Below the pieces are notes generated by a model. It was not told the DNA's origin, did no database searches, and saw nothing but the letters and a program-made list of their open reading frames with translations. The position numbers and the translations under genes were made by a program. DNA of 64,000 nt from an uncultured Desulfospira sp. Lineage in GTDB: Bacteria; Desulfobacterota; Desulfobacteria; Desulfobacterales; Desulfobacteraceae. The DNA is taken from the NCBI GenBank assembly GCA_963663165.1, contig OY760175.1, positions 5,440,001 through 5,504,000 of the forward strand. The letters are read 5' to 3'. Positions 9,891 through 19,584 of this stretch are shown here, one piece after another (within the stretch, counting starts at the first letter, position 1; each line of letters begins with the position of its first letter).

Positions 9891-10665
9891 TTTTCAATCC
9901 TCTCTAATCGAGGCGGTGTTTCTAACTTTTCGGTGTGGTTGTTGTCAACACACTTTCCGTCTAGAAAAGTCTCAATCCTCTCTAATCGAGGCGGTGTTTC
10001 TAACCTGCCATGAAGGCTGAAAACGAAGCCAAACGTGCGGCTGTCTCAATCCTCTCTAATCGAGGCGGTGTTTCTAACAGCGAATCCCAGCAATGTTTCT
10101 TATGTCGCCGATACCGTCTCAATCCTCTCTAATCGAGGCGGTGTTTCTAACTTGGTATATGTATTTCAAGAAGGATGATGAGCCAGGATGTCTCAATCCT
10201 CTCTAATCGAGGCGGTGTTTCTAACAAAATAAACACTTTTCCGAAAAACTTATTCCTATTTGTCTCAATCCTCTCTAATCGAGGCGGTGTTTCTAACAGC
10301 GAATCCCAGCAATGTTTCTTATGTCGCCGATACCGTCTCAATCCTCTCTAATCGAGGCGGTGTTTCTAACTTGGTATATGTATTTCAAGAAGGATGATGA
10401 GCCAGGATGTCTCAATCCTCTCTAATCGAGGCGGTGTTTCTAACAAAATAAACACTTTTCCGAAAAACTTATTCCTATTTGTCTCAATCCTCTCTAATCG
10501 AGGCGGTGTTTCTAACCGTGAAAAGGGCCGTCAAGGCTCAAAGAACCAGGGGTCTCAATCCTCTCTAATCGAGGCGGTGTTTCTAACGTTGGGGTGATGC
10601 CAAATTGGTATTTCGATGCCCCAGATAATGTCTCAATCCTCTCTAATCGAGGCGGTGTTTCTAAC
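9891..10665 (-). CRISPR. CRISPR array 1: 11 repeats (GTTAGAAACACCGCCTCGATTAGAGAGGATTGAGAC) and 10 spacers of 35-42 nt
   Basis: 36-bp repeats start at 9891 (degenerate, trailer end), 9969, 10043, 10116, 10190, 10262, 10335, 10409, 10481, 10552 and 10630. The CCTC/GAGG hairpin and ATTGAGAC 3' end give minus-strand orientation. Confidence 0.98.
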
Positions 10666-11289
10666 AACTCAATATTACTGTGTAAATCCATTTGTAAAAT
10701 TTCAAACTATTTTTTAACCCATTGAAAACAGGGATAGGCTAACATCCAGTAAAAAGTTCGTCAATGATAAAATAAAAGGGGTGAAGTTGTTGCATTTCTG
10801 GTCCGTCAAACAATGCATCTTATTGATTTTATTGCTATAAAGAGAAAACAAAATCCTCGCCAATCTGTTTTTTAACAGCTATGTTCCGGGCATTTTCGAA
10901 AAACAGCCCTTTGGCGCATTTATAACACCTTGATATTATAGCTTTCTAAAAACCTCTAGAACCCATTTGTTCGCCAACTCCTGTGGCAAAGGCCGGGAAA
11001 TGGCAGTTGGCGAACTTTTTTAAAAAAGGAGTTTAAGGCCCTGATTAAGGATTGCGCTTTAATATCAATTGGTTACACTTAAAATGCCGCTAATCAAAAA
11101 GTTCGCCAATTGAATTGACCAGAAAAAACGCCTGAAACCGGCGACCCCAGGCCTTATGCGCATTTTAAAGGCCGGGGTGCGCCGGATAGTCCTGATTCGC
11201 TTCCCCGAAGATTTTTTTCAAACCCATGATCAAGGCATGCCCTCAAAATTTTGTAAACAAATTGTCAAAGATCAATAAGCGATAATGCC
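10666..11289 (-). promoter_or_regulatory. Leader region of array 1
   Basis: AT-rich non-coding DNA on the non-degenerate side; IHF-consensus matches at 10923-10935 and 11063-11075; the distal part resembles the array 2 leader. Confidence 0.65.
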
Positions 11290-11328
11290 TTATAACACGG
11301 AACTGGCCTTTGTCCCGGGCCGATTTTC
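11290..11328 (-). pseudogene. cas2: Relic of a cas2 3' end
   Basis: Translates ENRPGTKASSVL* versus GNLPNTKAYSVS* of the cas2 at 32814. The nearby AACAAATTGTCAAAGATC(A/G)ATAAG is shared with about 31814-31837. Confidence 0.6.
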
Positions 11329-11339
11329 GGTTTTACGGA

Positions 11340-12452
11340 TTAAATAAGCTTTAGCCGGACATTACCATTGCGTCCAAACCAGGTATGCCCTGGATAATGG
11401 AAAACCCTTGGATCTGCGGGATCCCATACCAGAACTTTTCTCAGTTGATCCATTGCCGGGCAATGATCCCTAACGAATTGTCTGATTCTATACTCAATTT
11501 CTCTGGCTAAGCGGTCGCAGGAAAGCGTGGCGTTTCCATTTCCATTATTGCTGTCCAGTGGCGCAAGTGTAAGGAACCGTGAGGCCGGGTCCGCAAAAAT
11601 GGTTAATGATTCTATTCTGATATGGCAGCTTCCCATCCCCATGGGTTTAGCATTGCCGATTTTATGCCTGAGCGGCCCGTTCAGCCGAATCCGATTTTCT
11701 TCCCCCCCAATGGTGACCTGAACATCTTCCTCCAAAATTAATATATAAATAAGGAGATCAAGTTCTTCATCCCGTAAATTGGAAAAGGTTATATCAAATT
11801 CAAAGCGATGCCCCGGTGTGAGCGCGGGCACGGTCCATGCGCGATCTGCCAAATTATTAGGGATGCCGGGAAAGTTAGTGTTGATCCCAGGCTGGTGAAA
11901 ATAAAATTTCCTGCACCGCCCATCAAAATCCCCTGTATGCGGCGAGATATAAAAAGAGCGATGAGTGCTTTTAGGACCGTTGAGCAGGACTTGATAGTTC
12001 TGAGTCTGTGCGTTCTCCGCCTGGATAACGGCATCACTGATACTGACCTTGCCTGTATGCACCTTTGCATTTGCGCGCTGTTCCATCATGCCGAACATTC
12101 TGCAGGCCACACAAAGGCTGGTGACTTGATCGCAGCTTTTGAAGTCATTGTGGCAGTTTCGTCCGTTTTTATCCGTGACAAAACAGCCCCCCCCCACAAC
12201 TTCGGCAAGGGAGCGGAGCATTCCTTTTAAAGAGCTGCCCGGAATAATATGTTTGCGATCTCTGGTTAAAAATGTTCTGGGGTTGCCTTCATTGTTTTTT
12301 GCAATAAATAAAGGGGTTAAATTTTCCAAGGTGCAGGTCAGTTTCCCGCTTTTTCCTTGGAATTTTTCATGGGTGACCGGCGGCATTCTGTTTATAACCT
12401 CCCGGACCGGAACCATCCTGTACGGATTCCAAAAGTGTTCTCCCTGGGGCAT
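11340..12452 (-). CDS. Type III-D terminal Cas7-group RAMP (TIGR03986-like, short insertion), module A
   Basis: FWNPY, LENLTPLFI, IPGSSLKGMLRS, RKFYFHQ and G-rich loop HKIGNAKPMGMG. Confidence 0.85.
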   Translation of the reverse strand: MPQGEHFWNPYRMVPVREVINRMPPVTHEKFQGKSGKLTCTLENLTPLFIAKNNEGNPRTFLTRDRKHIIPGSSLKGMLRSLAEVVGGGCFVTDKNGRNCHNDFKSCDQVTSLCVACRMFGMMEQRANAKVHTGKVSISDAVIQAENAQTQNYQVLLNGPKSTHRSFYISPHTGDFDGRCRKFYFHQPGINTNFPGIPNNLADRAWTVPALTPGHRFEFDITFSNLRDEELDLLIYILILEEDVQVTIGGEENRIRLNGPLRHKIGNAKPMGMGSCHIRIESLTIFADPASRFLTLAPLDSNNGNGNATLSCDRLAREIEYRIRQFVRDHCPAMDQLRKVLVWDPADPRVFHYPGHTWFGRNGNVRLKLI

Positions 12453-12964
12453 CAGACTCCTCCTTTGGTTTCTTTTAGCGAATGATACCGGCTGAACCTG
12501 GCATCACCCGATGCATCAATCCATTTTTCAACCACCAGTTTAATGCGTCCTCTGGGATATTGGTTTTCTGTGACAGGATATTTAAATTCCACAGGAACTT
12601 GTTGTTCGATCCACCTGTTTTCCTTCTCCGTAAGAACACCCCATAAAAAAAATTCACCTGTCTCCCGCTCAAGCTGGTCAAGTTCTTTTGAACAATTCTC
12701 CAGCCCCTCGGGCGGAAGTGATTCTCCAAGATAGACCAGGCGAAGTTTTTCTCCCATACGGCGCCACTGCAGTTCACTTTCCGGTGAAAAGATTCGGCCC
12801 TGGGCACTTTTTTCCAACACAATTTTTTCCAGAGCGCTTTTTTCAAATATAAACCGGTCGGGATAGAACACAATTGATACGCAGGGTTCTTTACGCTTCA
12901 CCCGCCTGACAAATGCCCGGGCTTCTTCCTCCACAAGGTCTTTTGAAAAAAGATAGGCCATCAC
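12452..12964 (-). CDS. csx19: Csx19-like subunit, module A
   Basis: GRIFSPESELQWRR and FFLWG; typical III-D position before the terminal RAMP. Confidence 0.75.
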   Translation of the reverse strand: MMAYLFSKDLVEEEARAFVRRVKRKEPCVSIVFYPDRFIFEKSALEKIVLEKSAQGRIFSPESELQWRRMGEKLRLVYLGESLPPEGLENCSKELDQLERETGEFFLWGVLTEKENRWIEQQVPVEFKYPVTENQYPRGRIKLVVEKWIDASGDARFSRYHSLKETKGGV

Positions 12965-13953
12965 GCCCTCCTTTCATTTAATTGCTCCAGAGCAACGGGC
13001 CATTCACTTGTTTGAATCATTTGCACCAGATCATCCACGGCTAGGGCAAGATGGTCTTTCCAGCCCCTGGTGATATCGTATTCGTTTCTAAGACTCAGTC
13101 CCAGTTTAGAGCTTGAGGAAAGAGATGGGCCGTTTTGACCGGTTTCCTGAAAAAATCCGTATGACTGACAAATATCCTCAGAGCAAGCAGCACCCAGGCC
13201 GGTTAATGAGGAGAGCCGGCGGTGGTAGGAGGTGATTTGAAACCGGGTAATCCGGGCTTTGAACCTTCCTAAGCCTTTGCTCTTTCCGAAACCGATACGA
13301 AGTTTCTCCTCCTCCATTTCCTGCAATATCAGTCCAAGGAGACCTAACTGCCACCGTTCAAAATTACGAATCTCTATGGATGTGGAAAATTCCCCCCGGG
13401 TCAGCACTTCAAAGTCATACAGTGCCCCGGGAACAGTTCCCCCGGTAAACCGGTCAATGGCCACGCCGTTTCGAACCTCAAAGACAGGAGATCCTACCGC
13501 CCTGAATTCATCAGAGAGGCCGGCATCTGAAACAGCGCATCTTCCGATAAATTCATGGGATCCAAACATACGGCAGACAGGGCATGAAACCCGGTAAGCT
13601 GTGGCTGACGGGACACGCTCCAGACCATGATCTTTTTTATATTTTTCCAGCATCAAACCGCATGACGCCTGGCGCTGCTCCCGGGGATCCCTGCTGCCGG
13701 GTTTTAAATAGGGCAGACACACTGGAACCGGATCCTCTTTCAACGTCCTGCAGATTTTTTCCGCATACGATCGAATCATTCCTTTTAATGAGCTTCCCGG
13801 GATAAAAGGTTCTTCTTTGCCGCCGTGCCGGTGGGTACGGACAAACGCCATGTCGACCCCGGCCACAGTTGCCTGGCCGGACTTAATTAATAACGGGTCG
13901 ACAGGGATAATGGTCAACTCTATGAGGGCATTGTTGATCAATTGTTTGAGCAT
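12961..13953 (-). CDS. csm3: Cas7-group RAMP (Csm3-like), module A
   Basis: PFIPGSSLKGMIRS, CPVCRMFGS, VAIDRFTG and IGFGKSKGLG. Confidence 0.88.
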   Translation of the reverse strand: MLKQLINNALIELTIIPVDPLLIKSGQATVAGVDMAFVRTHRHGGKEEPFIPGSSLKGMIRSYAEKICRTLKEDPVPVCLPYLKPGSRDPREQRQASCGLMLEKYKKDHGLERVPSATAYRVSCPVCRMFGSHEFIGRCAVSDAGLSDEFRAVGSPVFEVRNGVAIDRFTGGTVPGALYDFEVLTRGEFSTSIEIRNFERWQLGLLGLILQEMEEEKLRIGFGKSKGLGRFKARITRFQITSYHRRLSSLTGLGAACSEDICQSYGFFQETGQNGPSLSSSSKLGLSLRNEYDITRGWKDHLALAVDDLVQMIQTSEWPVALEQLNERRA

Positions 13954-13954
13954 A

Positions 13955-14761
13955 TCAGTCTCCTTGTTTCATGGTGGCGGCCAGTTTCTCTTCCAGACAT
14001 TTTCCTAAAAGGTCGCGGGCCGGTGTCATCTGTTTTTCCACCAGGTATTTGATCAGCTCCGCTGGATTGGTATAATCCACGGATTCTACTTCTATGTCCG
14101 TCAACTGTACCTTTCCAAGCCCTCGGGATGAAAATCCCCCCAATTTAAAACCGTTTTCCCACTCCGCCAAAGCGGCACCAACCAGGGCAAGTTCATCATT
14201 CTCCGGATTTTCGATCTCAATGGTAATCTGAAAGGAGGCGCCGGCCGGCACCACTTCGTAGTCAAATTTGGCTTTGGGGCGGGCAGTTTCCGTATCCCGG
14301 TCAATGCAGACGCCGTCACGGATGCAAATGGCAGTCCCCCCTTCAACGGGAATACCGTCACTGAAAAAGATGCGGGATGCCATCATGGGGGAACCAAATA
14401 GTTTACATACATCGCAGGTGTGGGTGTCCAGCCAGTCCAATTGCTCTTTCCCGGCCCGGAGCGCCTTAAAGGCCTCCTGATTTTTTCGTCGAAAGGGCTC
14501 ATCACTGACACAATCTACTTTGGAAAGGGAGGTATCCAGCAAACATGCGGTCATGTCCAGATGGGGCGCCAGACGCTCGGAAAATGCCCTGAAGTTTCCT
14601 TTCAGGGTCGATCCCGGCAGGACAGGGTTTCCATCCGGATCAAGCAGAACCCCCATATCCGTGGACAACGCCCCCTCTTGTCCCGATCCGATATGAAAGG
14701 CCGTGTGAAACGTCAATTTTGCCGTAATTTTTACTTTTTGAAAATATGTATTATAAGTCAT
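13955..14761 (-). CDS. csm3: Cas7-group RAMP (Csm3/Csx7-like), module A
   Basis: FHIGSG, LPGSTLKGNFR, CDVCKLFGS, CIDRDT and LGGFSSRGLG; start moved to ATG 14761 (AGGAGA RBS). Confidence 0.88.
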   Translation of the reverse strand: MTYNTYFQKVKITAKLTFHTAFHIGSGQEGALSTDMGVLLDPDGNPVLPGSTLKGNFRAFSERLAPHLDMTACLLDTSLSKVDCVSDEPFRRKNQEAFKALRAGKEQLDWLDTHTCDVCKLFGSPMMASRIFFSDGIPVEGGTAICIRDGVCIDRDTETARPKAKFDYEVVPAGASFQITIEIENPENDELALVGAALAEWENGFKLGGFSSRGLGKVQLTDIEVESVDYTNPAELIKYLVEKQMTPARDLLGKCLEEKLAATMKQGD

Positions 14762-14762
14762 G

Positions 14763-15278
14763 TTATTCTCTCCTTTCTGGGGGGCTGACGCTGTTGAGTG
14801 CGGCGCAATAGGCATAATGCGAGGTAAGGTGTTCGCAATATACAGACAGGACTTTGGAAATGGCCGAATCAATTTTGTTTTTATTCATTTTTTTGATTTT
14901 ATTTCTGAGCGGTTTGTCATCCCCTGCGGATATTTCGTCTTCAAGAAAAGAGGCCAATTGGTCTTTAACCGCCATGTACAGGCAGTCGCGGCTCTCTATT
15001 GTGCGCGATATCTGGTTGGACATAAAATTCCAAAACACCTTTTTTTTCTCATTTGAATTTTTTTGCCTTTGATGATCAATCAGTCTGGTAAGGGCATTTT
15101 TCCCCCCTGACTGAATAGCGGCGGGAATGCTGTGAAGCTGGGAAGTCGTTATAAAATCTTTGGCTCCGTAATTGCCGCATAGTTCTTCCACAGCTTCACA
15201 GGCGTGGTCCCGCAGGGTTTTATCCAGAAACAGGTGAAATGCGTCTGAGTTTAGATATGCTTCATATGCCTTGTCCAT
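14763..15278 (-). CDS. Small alpha-helical protein, probable second Cas11-like subunit
   Basis: 171-aa helical ORF embedded in the effector operon; its ITTSQLHSI segment recalls the Csm2 'xxxQLR' motif. Confidence 0.5.
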   Translation of the reverse strand: MDKAYEAYLNSDAFHLFLDKTLRDHACEAVEELCGNYGAKDFITTSQLHSIPAAIQSGGKNALTRLIDHQRQKNSNEKKKVFWNFMSNQISRTIESRDCLYMAVKDQLASFLEDEISAGDDKPLRNKIKKMNKNKIDSAISKVLSVYCEHLTSHYAYCAALNSVSPPERRE

Positions 15279-15681
15279 GATGCCCGGCCTCCTCCTGGTT
15301 TAGCTGCAATTTATATAAGCAGTGAAAAATAACTTGCTTGCCCCATCCTCTGGCCAGTTTCATTTTGATATCAAGAACAAGGGATGGGTCCCCGCTGCCT
15401 ATCTCCTGGGCCTTGACCTCCAATGCTTCCAGTTGGCGGATCACCCCTGGTGCCACCCGGATCCATGTTGTTTTTTTGGTATCCTTTGCCGCCTGGTTTT
15501 TAATGTAATTGATAATTTCAGAAAACCGGCTGGTGGAAGTGATCAGTGTTTCAAGCCCGCGCAGTTGTGTTTTTCCCAGCCCCACCGCAGCCAGTTCATC
15601 TCCCATCTGTTTTGAATCACCATAAATTTGTTCGAGAAAGAGATCAATTTCTCTGGAGATTGTTTCATTGATGTGTGTCAT
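15262..15681 (-). CDS. csm2: Cas11/Csm2-like small subunit, module A
   Basis: LGKTQLRGL...IINYIKNQAAK helical pattern; follows csx10; start ATG 15681 overlaps the upstream stop. Confidence 0.65.
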   Translation of the reverse strand: MTHINETISREIDLFLEQIYGDSKQMGDELAAVGLGKTQLRGLETLITSTSRFSEIINYIKNQAAKDTKKTTWIRVAPGVIRQLEALEVKAQEIGSGDPSLVLDIKMKLARGWGKQVIFHCLYKLQLNQEEAGHHGQGI

Positions 15682-16865
15682 ATCCTCTCCCTGGTGTGTA
15701 ATGCATCGCAAATTGATATTTGACCAAATCCCTGTTCTTTCCTCAAACCGACACCGTTAATCAAAAGCGGTTCAAGAAATCGTTGTAATTTTCCAGGAGA
15801 ATCCCCTGTATATTTAAACAGATATACGCTTCCCATGGAAACACCGATGTCATCATTTCTGGCAAGCCCCATGGCGGCCTGCCACCCCCGTATTGTCTGT
15901 GTACTGGTGATTTGGGTAACCGGTCGGATATCCGGGTGCCGGAATTCTTCGATTTCCAAGACCGGCCGCAAAAAACGATCTACAAAAACCGCATGGGACT
16001 CAAGGGTCACACTGAAAAAGATCCCCTGGCCGGTTGATTCAGGTTTTAAAGGCATCAATTTTGATAATTTTTCTGTAAACGCATTGTGCCACGACTGGAT
16101 AGCCTCAGCAGATCCGGTTGGAAGTCTTTTGTCGTCAACAGGGGCCAAGGTGAGTTTGATTTCTCCAAATCCTCTTGTCCGGTCTGCACCAACAAAAATA
16201 GTGTTTTCAAGCAAAGGAGTTAAACAATTTACCTGCTCCTCGTTTAAAAACAGTTGCCCGCTAAGGTGCTGCCGGGAATAGAGATCCTGCCCTTGATCCG
16301 AATGTTTGTAAAAATCGGCTATGGATTGCGTGATAAAAAACATGGCGTTGGCAACCGTCCCTGTTGACCGGTCAATACCGGTATGACGGTTCACCAGGAT
16401 ATCCGGTTCAAACGCTTCAGGCGTATCCAGATTGCCGTTCCAGAAACCGGAAAAGGGTTTCATATCTTCTCCGCAGTTCGGGCCGGGGCATTTCCAGATT
16501 GCTTTATCCGGCGGTGTGCCGCCAATACGACTGGCTGCTGTAGCAGCAAGTGTGTCAAACACGCCATGTTGATCAAATCCAGGCTCCCGCTTACACGAAA
16601 TCAGGGTTGCTGGTAATATCCGCGAGTAATCCTGAGGGCCTTTCCCGGGTAAAAGGTTGCAGAACCGTACCGGATTCTCCAGAAAAAGGGTACGAAACGC
16701 ATCATCTTCCGCATTTTTGCCTTCCCTTAGATAACTTGCAGCCAAAGCCCCCCGCAAGGTGCCGCCGGGAATATAATTTAGCGTTTGAGGGGAACTGTTC
16801 CGGCGATCCTGCTGGATGATCAGCGGTGATAGCAGCTTTGCCGTCATGCGATAGTAAGTATTCAT
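15678..16865 (-). CDS. csx10: Csx10 (Cas5-group RAMP), module A
   Basis: YIPGGTLRGALA, HTGIDRSTG, VGADRTRGFG and C-terminal GVGLRKEQGFGQI. Confidence 0.85.
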   Translation of the reverse strand: MNTYYRMTAKLLSPLIIQQDRRNSSPQTLNYIPGGTLRGALAASYLREGKNAEDDAFRTLFLENPVRFCNLLPGKGPQDYSRILPATLISCKREPGFDQHGVFDTLAATAASRIGGTPPDKAIWKCPGPNCGEDMKPFSGFWNGNLDTPEAFEPDILVNRHTGIDRSTGTVANAMFFITQSIADFYKHSDQGQDLYSRQHLSGQLFLNEEQVNCLTPLLENTIFVGADRTRGFGEIKLTLAPVDDKRLPTGSAEAIQSWHNAFTEKLSKLMPLKPESTGQGIFFSVTLESHAVFVDRFLRPVLEIEEFRHPDIRPVTQITSTQTIRGWQAAMGLARNDDIGVSMGSVYLFKYTGDSPGKLQRFLEPLLINGVGLRKEQGFGQISICDALHTRERI

Positions 16866-17587
16866 TATTCCCTCATTTCCTGGTAATTCGAAGGGTCCAG
16901 ATAAAATTCTCCTTTTTCATTCAGATAGTTGTCTGCAGAAAAAGAGATGTCGTTATATAGCATCCGGGTAATGGTAAGGTGCCGGCCGATATGCCCTCCC
17001 CCGGTACTTTTGTCACCACCAAGACGATTAACCATGCCGATGGAGGCAATCAACAGGCAGTATGCAAACGGGGGATCTGTTTCTTCAAAAACAGCTAAAT
17101 CCCGGTGCCGCGCTGAAATTGTTGTTTGAAATTTTCCTGGAGGCGCATATTCAGTTGTAAACAGATGATTTTGTTTAGCTGTCCCTAATTTGCGGTTTAT
17201 TTTTACCCGGTTCCGGATCTGAAAGTTTCGGCTGGTGAAATTTGGATCTCCAACAGGGTAAGCATTTCGAAAATAGAGCCCCCCTTCTTCAAATTTATTT
17301 CCAAAAAGACGATCCACTGGTGACGGAGCCCGGCTCAGGGGGCCAAAGGCGCCGGGAAAATGCAGATCAATACTGTGGGGGTCCGAAGGTTCCGGGAAAT
17401 TGAGCGTCCGACAGAGTTTTTCACACGATTCCCGTATAACGCCCTTTAAAGTGCCTGCCGGTAAATAGGGATTGCCTCTGGCGTCTCTTTGAAGCAGACG
17501 ATCCGTGAGAATATTTCCATCTCCCGATCCTGTATGCCATATGGTTTCAAATTGGAAACTAAGTGTCAGTTCGAGTTTATGATGCAT
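16865..17587 (-). CDS. csm3: Cas7-group RAMP (Csm3-like), module A
   Basis: WHTGSG, PYLPAGTLKGVIRE, RLFG and LGGDKSTGGG. Confidence 0.85.
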   Translation of the reverse strand: MHHKLELTLSFQFETIWHTGSGDGNILTDRLLQRDARGNPYLPAGTLKGVIRESCEKLCRTLNFPEPSDPHSIDLHFPGAFGPLSRAPSPVDRLFGNKFEEGGLYFRNAYPVGDPNFTSRNFQIRNRVKINRKLGTAKQNHLFTTEYAPPGKFQTTISARHRDLAVFEETDPPFAYCLLIASIGMVNRLGGDKSTGGGHIGRHLTITRMLYNDISFSADNYLNEKGEFYLDPSNYQEMRE

Positions 17588-19151
17588 CGTTCCATCCTTT
17601 CTGATGTGTCATGGAAATATTGCAGAACTGGCAGATTTCCATTAAATCTGTAATCATTGTGGTTGTCCATTCTTGACTGTCTGCGCTATCATCGGGTTCT
17701 TTCCAGGGCATGTTCGGAACGCAGCCGAAACTTTCCATGGCGTTTCTAATGGCCAGTCTTTCTTTGCCCGGTTTGGAGCGGGTATACAGCTTTAAAAAAT
17801 CCAATGTCCCGTTCATTTTACCCTCAAACGGCGTGTAGCCAAGTCGCTTGAGCCGTGTCCGGGGAATGCCGGAATGCAAAAGTTCACGGGCACACTTCAG
17901 AAGACGTTCGGCATCTTCCAGCAGGTAAGGTTTTTGATATAGTTTGAGTTGGCCGTCATATTGGTGCAAATAATTATTCCTGCTGTGATGAACATGTAAA
18001 TGATTAAATTGGGGCGTGATATGAAAATCAATGTATGACGGGGCAAAAAAGCCCTCGGCAGACGGGTCCTTTGCGCCGGCTCGTTTTGCAGATGAGAGTA
18101 ACTCCTGGGCCTGGGTGAAAATCTGTGAAAATGGAGAATGGCTTTTGGCATAGGCGATCCCCAGGGAAACAGTAAGGCCTTTACCGTTTAACAGGTTGCT
18201 GAAAAAAGGATTTTCAGAAAATCGGCGTTGGGTTTTATCTGAAAATTTTTTGGATACCCCAATGGCAAATTCCAGGGCATGATTCGCCGACATATAAACC
18301 AGCAGGTCATCCCCGCCTAAAAGCAGGATATTGGCGGGCATAACGCCGGACACCGGGATACAATTTTCATAAAGAGCCTCATGACACGCCTGAGTAATGG
18401 ATTCATCAACTACATGCGAAAAGAAACGGAAATGATCTTTGTGATCAATCTGTCTGACTAATTTCCCCATGGCATTGCCGTCTGCATAAATTAAGGCCGT
18501 ATACCCCTTTTTCCCCTGACTGCATTCTCCGATTTCTTCAAATGTATTTGGTCTTTTAAACTGCTGGAGATCTTCATTTTTTGTTTCTACAAAAGCTGAA
18601 AAGTTCTTCCACAGTCCTTTTTTCTTGCCCCAATGGAGTTTGGTCGCACAGACATCGCAAAGTAAGAACTCACTGTCAGCATAATTGATGTATTGTGAGC
18701 CCGGTCCCCCACAACTGTCGCATTCACGAATAAACCCCGTGTGCAGAAGGGAACATGGAACCAAAGGGCTTTCATCTTTCATTCTTTTTAATTGAACAAA
18801 AGCTTGATCCAAAGACTCTGAGTAACGCTCTTCTTCATATTTCGCGATACCAAAAATGATTTTTAATGCCCCCCGACTTTCCCGGTTAAATACATGTTGC
18901 AGTGCCTTCATGGCTGCTTCCAAGGTGGCGGGTTCCGCATGGATAATGAACTGAGCGGCACCACCGCTGGAAAAGACACATTCAAAATCATCTTCGTTCA
19001 GTATTTCAGATAACAAGGCAGGGATTGTGTTTTTATTCAGCTCCGCCAGCAGGGCGCTGGCCCCTCGAATTTCCGCCAGTCGATCCGTTCCAAAGACATA
19101 TTTTTTAATGCCCGGCACATCCATAACAACAATAAATTTCTTTTTTTTCAT
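17577..19151 (-). CDS. cas10: Cas10, HD-less with intact GGDD palm, module A
   Basis: MDVPGIKKYVF, CDSC/CDVC Zn finger, YADGNAMG and LLGGDDLL; start ATG 19151 with GGAGG RBS. Confidence 0.93.
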   Translation of the reverse strand: MKKKKFIVVMDVPGIKKYVFGTDRLAEIRGASALLAELNKNTIPALLSEILNEDDFECVFSSGGAAQFIIHAEPATLEAAMKALQHVFNRESRGALKIIFGIAKYEEERYSESLDQAFVQLKRMKDESPLVPCSLLHTGFIRECDSCGGPGSQYINYADSEFLLCDVCATKLHWGKKKGLWKNFSAFVETKNEDLQQFKRPNTFEEIGECSQGKKGYTALIYADGNAMGKLVRQIDHKDHFRFFSHVVDESITQACHEALYENCIPVSGVMPANILLLGGDDLLVYMSANHALEFAIGVSKKFSDKTQRRFSENPFFSNLLNGKGLTVSLGIAYAKSHSPFSQIFTQAQELLSSAKRAGAKDPSAEGFFAPSYIDFHITPQFNHLHVHHSRNNYLHQYDGQLKLYQKPYLLEDAERLLKCARELLHSGIPRTRLKRLGYTPFEGKMNGTLDFLKLYTRSKPGKERLAIRNAMESFGCVPNMPWKEPDDSADSQEWTTTMITDLMEICQFCNISMTHQKGWNDAS

Positions 19152-19224
19152 AAGACCTCCAATCTTTACTTTGACTACGGAATTCAATAGGCGTCCTTTA
19201 AAATTATTTTTCGAAATAAGTGAC

Positions 19225-19455
19225 TCAAAAGACAATCGAACCTTTCAAAAGGGAAATCTGCCATTCGTTAAAATCCGGCAGTTTTTCAGGGATGATGTCC
19301 AGATTTGGGACCTCAAGGTAAGTTTTTATGCAGGACGACAGGGTGCCGTCCATATCCCCGGCGTCCACACGGGCCAGGGCATGGTTAAAAAAATCCGCTA
19401 CCAGGTTGATATCCTCAAAGATCCGCTCCAGGCTGCCCGTTGCAATCAGGTTCAT
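19225..19455 (-). CDS. Hypothetical protein, 76 aa (MNLIATGSLE...)
   Basis: ATG 19455 overlaps the TGA of the reconstructed upstream gene (ATGA coupling). Confidence 0.55.
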   Translation of the reverse strand: MNLIATGSLERIFEDINLVADFFNHALARVDAGDMDGTLSSCIKTYLEVPNLDIIPEKLPDFNEWQISLLKGSIVF

Positions 19456-19584
19456 GGAAGTCGGCCCTGGGTCAAGGCCTTCAGGGCCTGATTCATGCCT
19501 CCCATGAAAAAGAAATTCTTCCGCCATACAGATACCGGCTGCCGGGCTCTGTCTACCTCTATGACCGCAAATGACGGTTGGTAT

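Noticed and set aside
9817..10597. Short ORFs at 9817, 10147 and 10394
   Set aside because: They are translations of CRISPR repeats and spacers.
19152..19235. Longer Cas10 start given by the ORF track
   Set aside because: The extension covers the RBS and the promoter-like motif; ATG 19151 is more plausible.
19456..19527. 100-aa version of the ORF upstream of cas10
   Set aside because: It overlaps the reconstructed IS-split gene; the coupled start at 19455 fits better.
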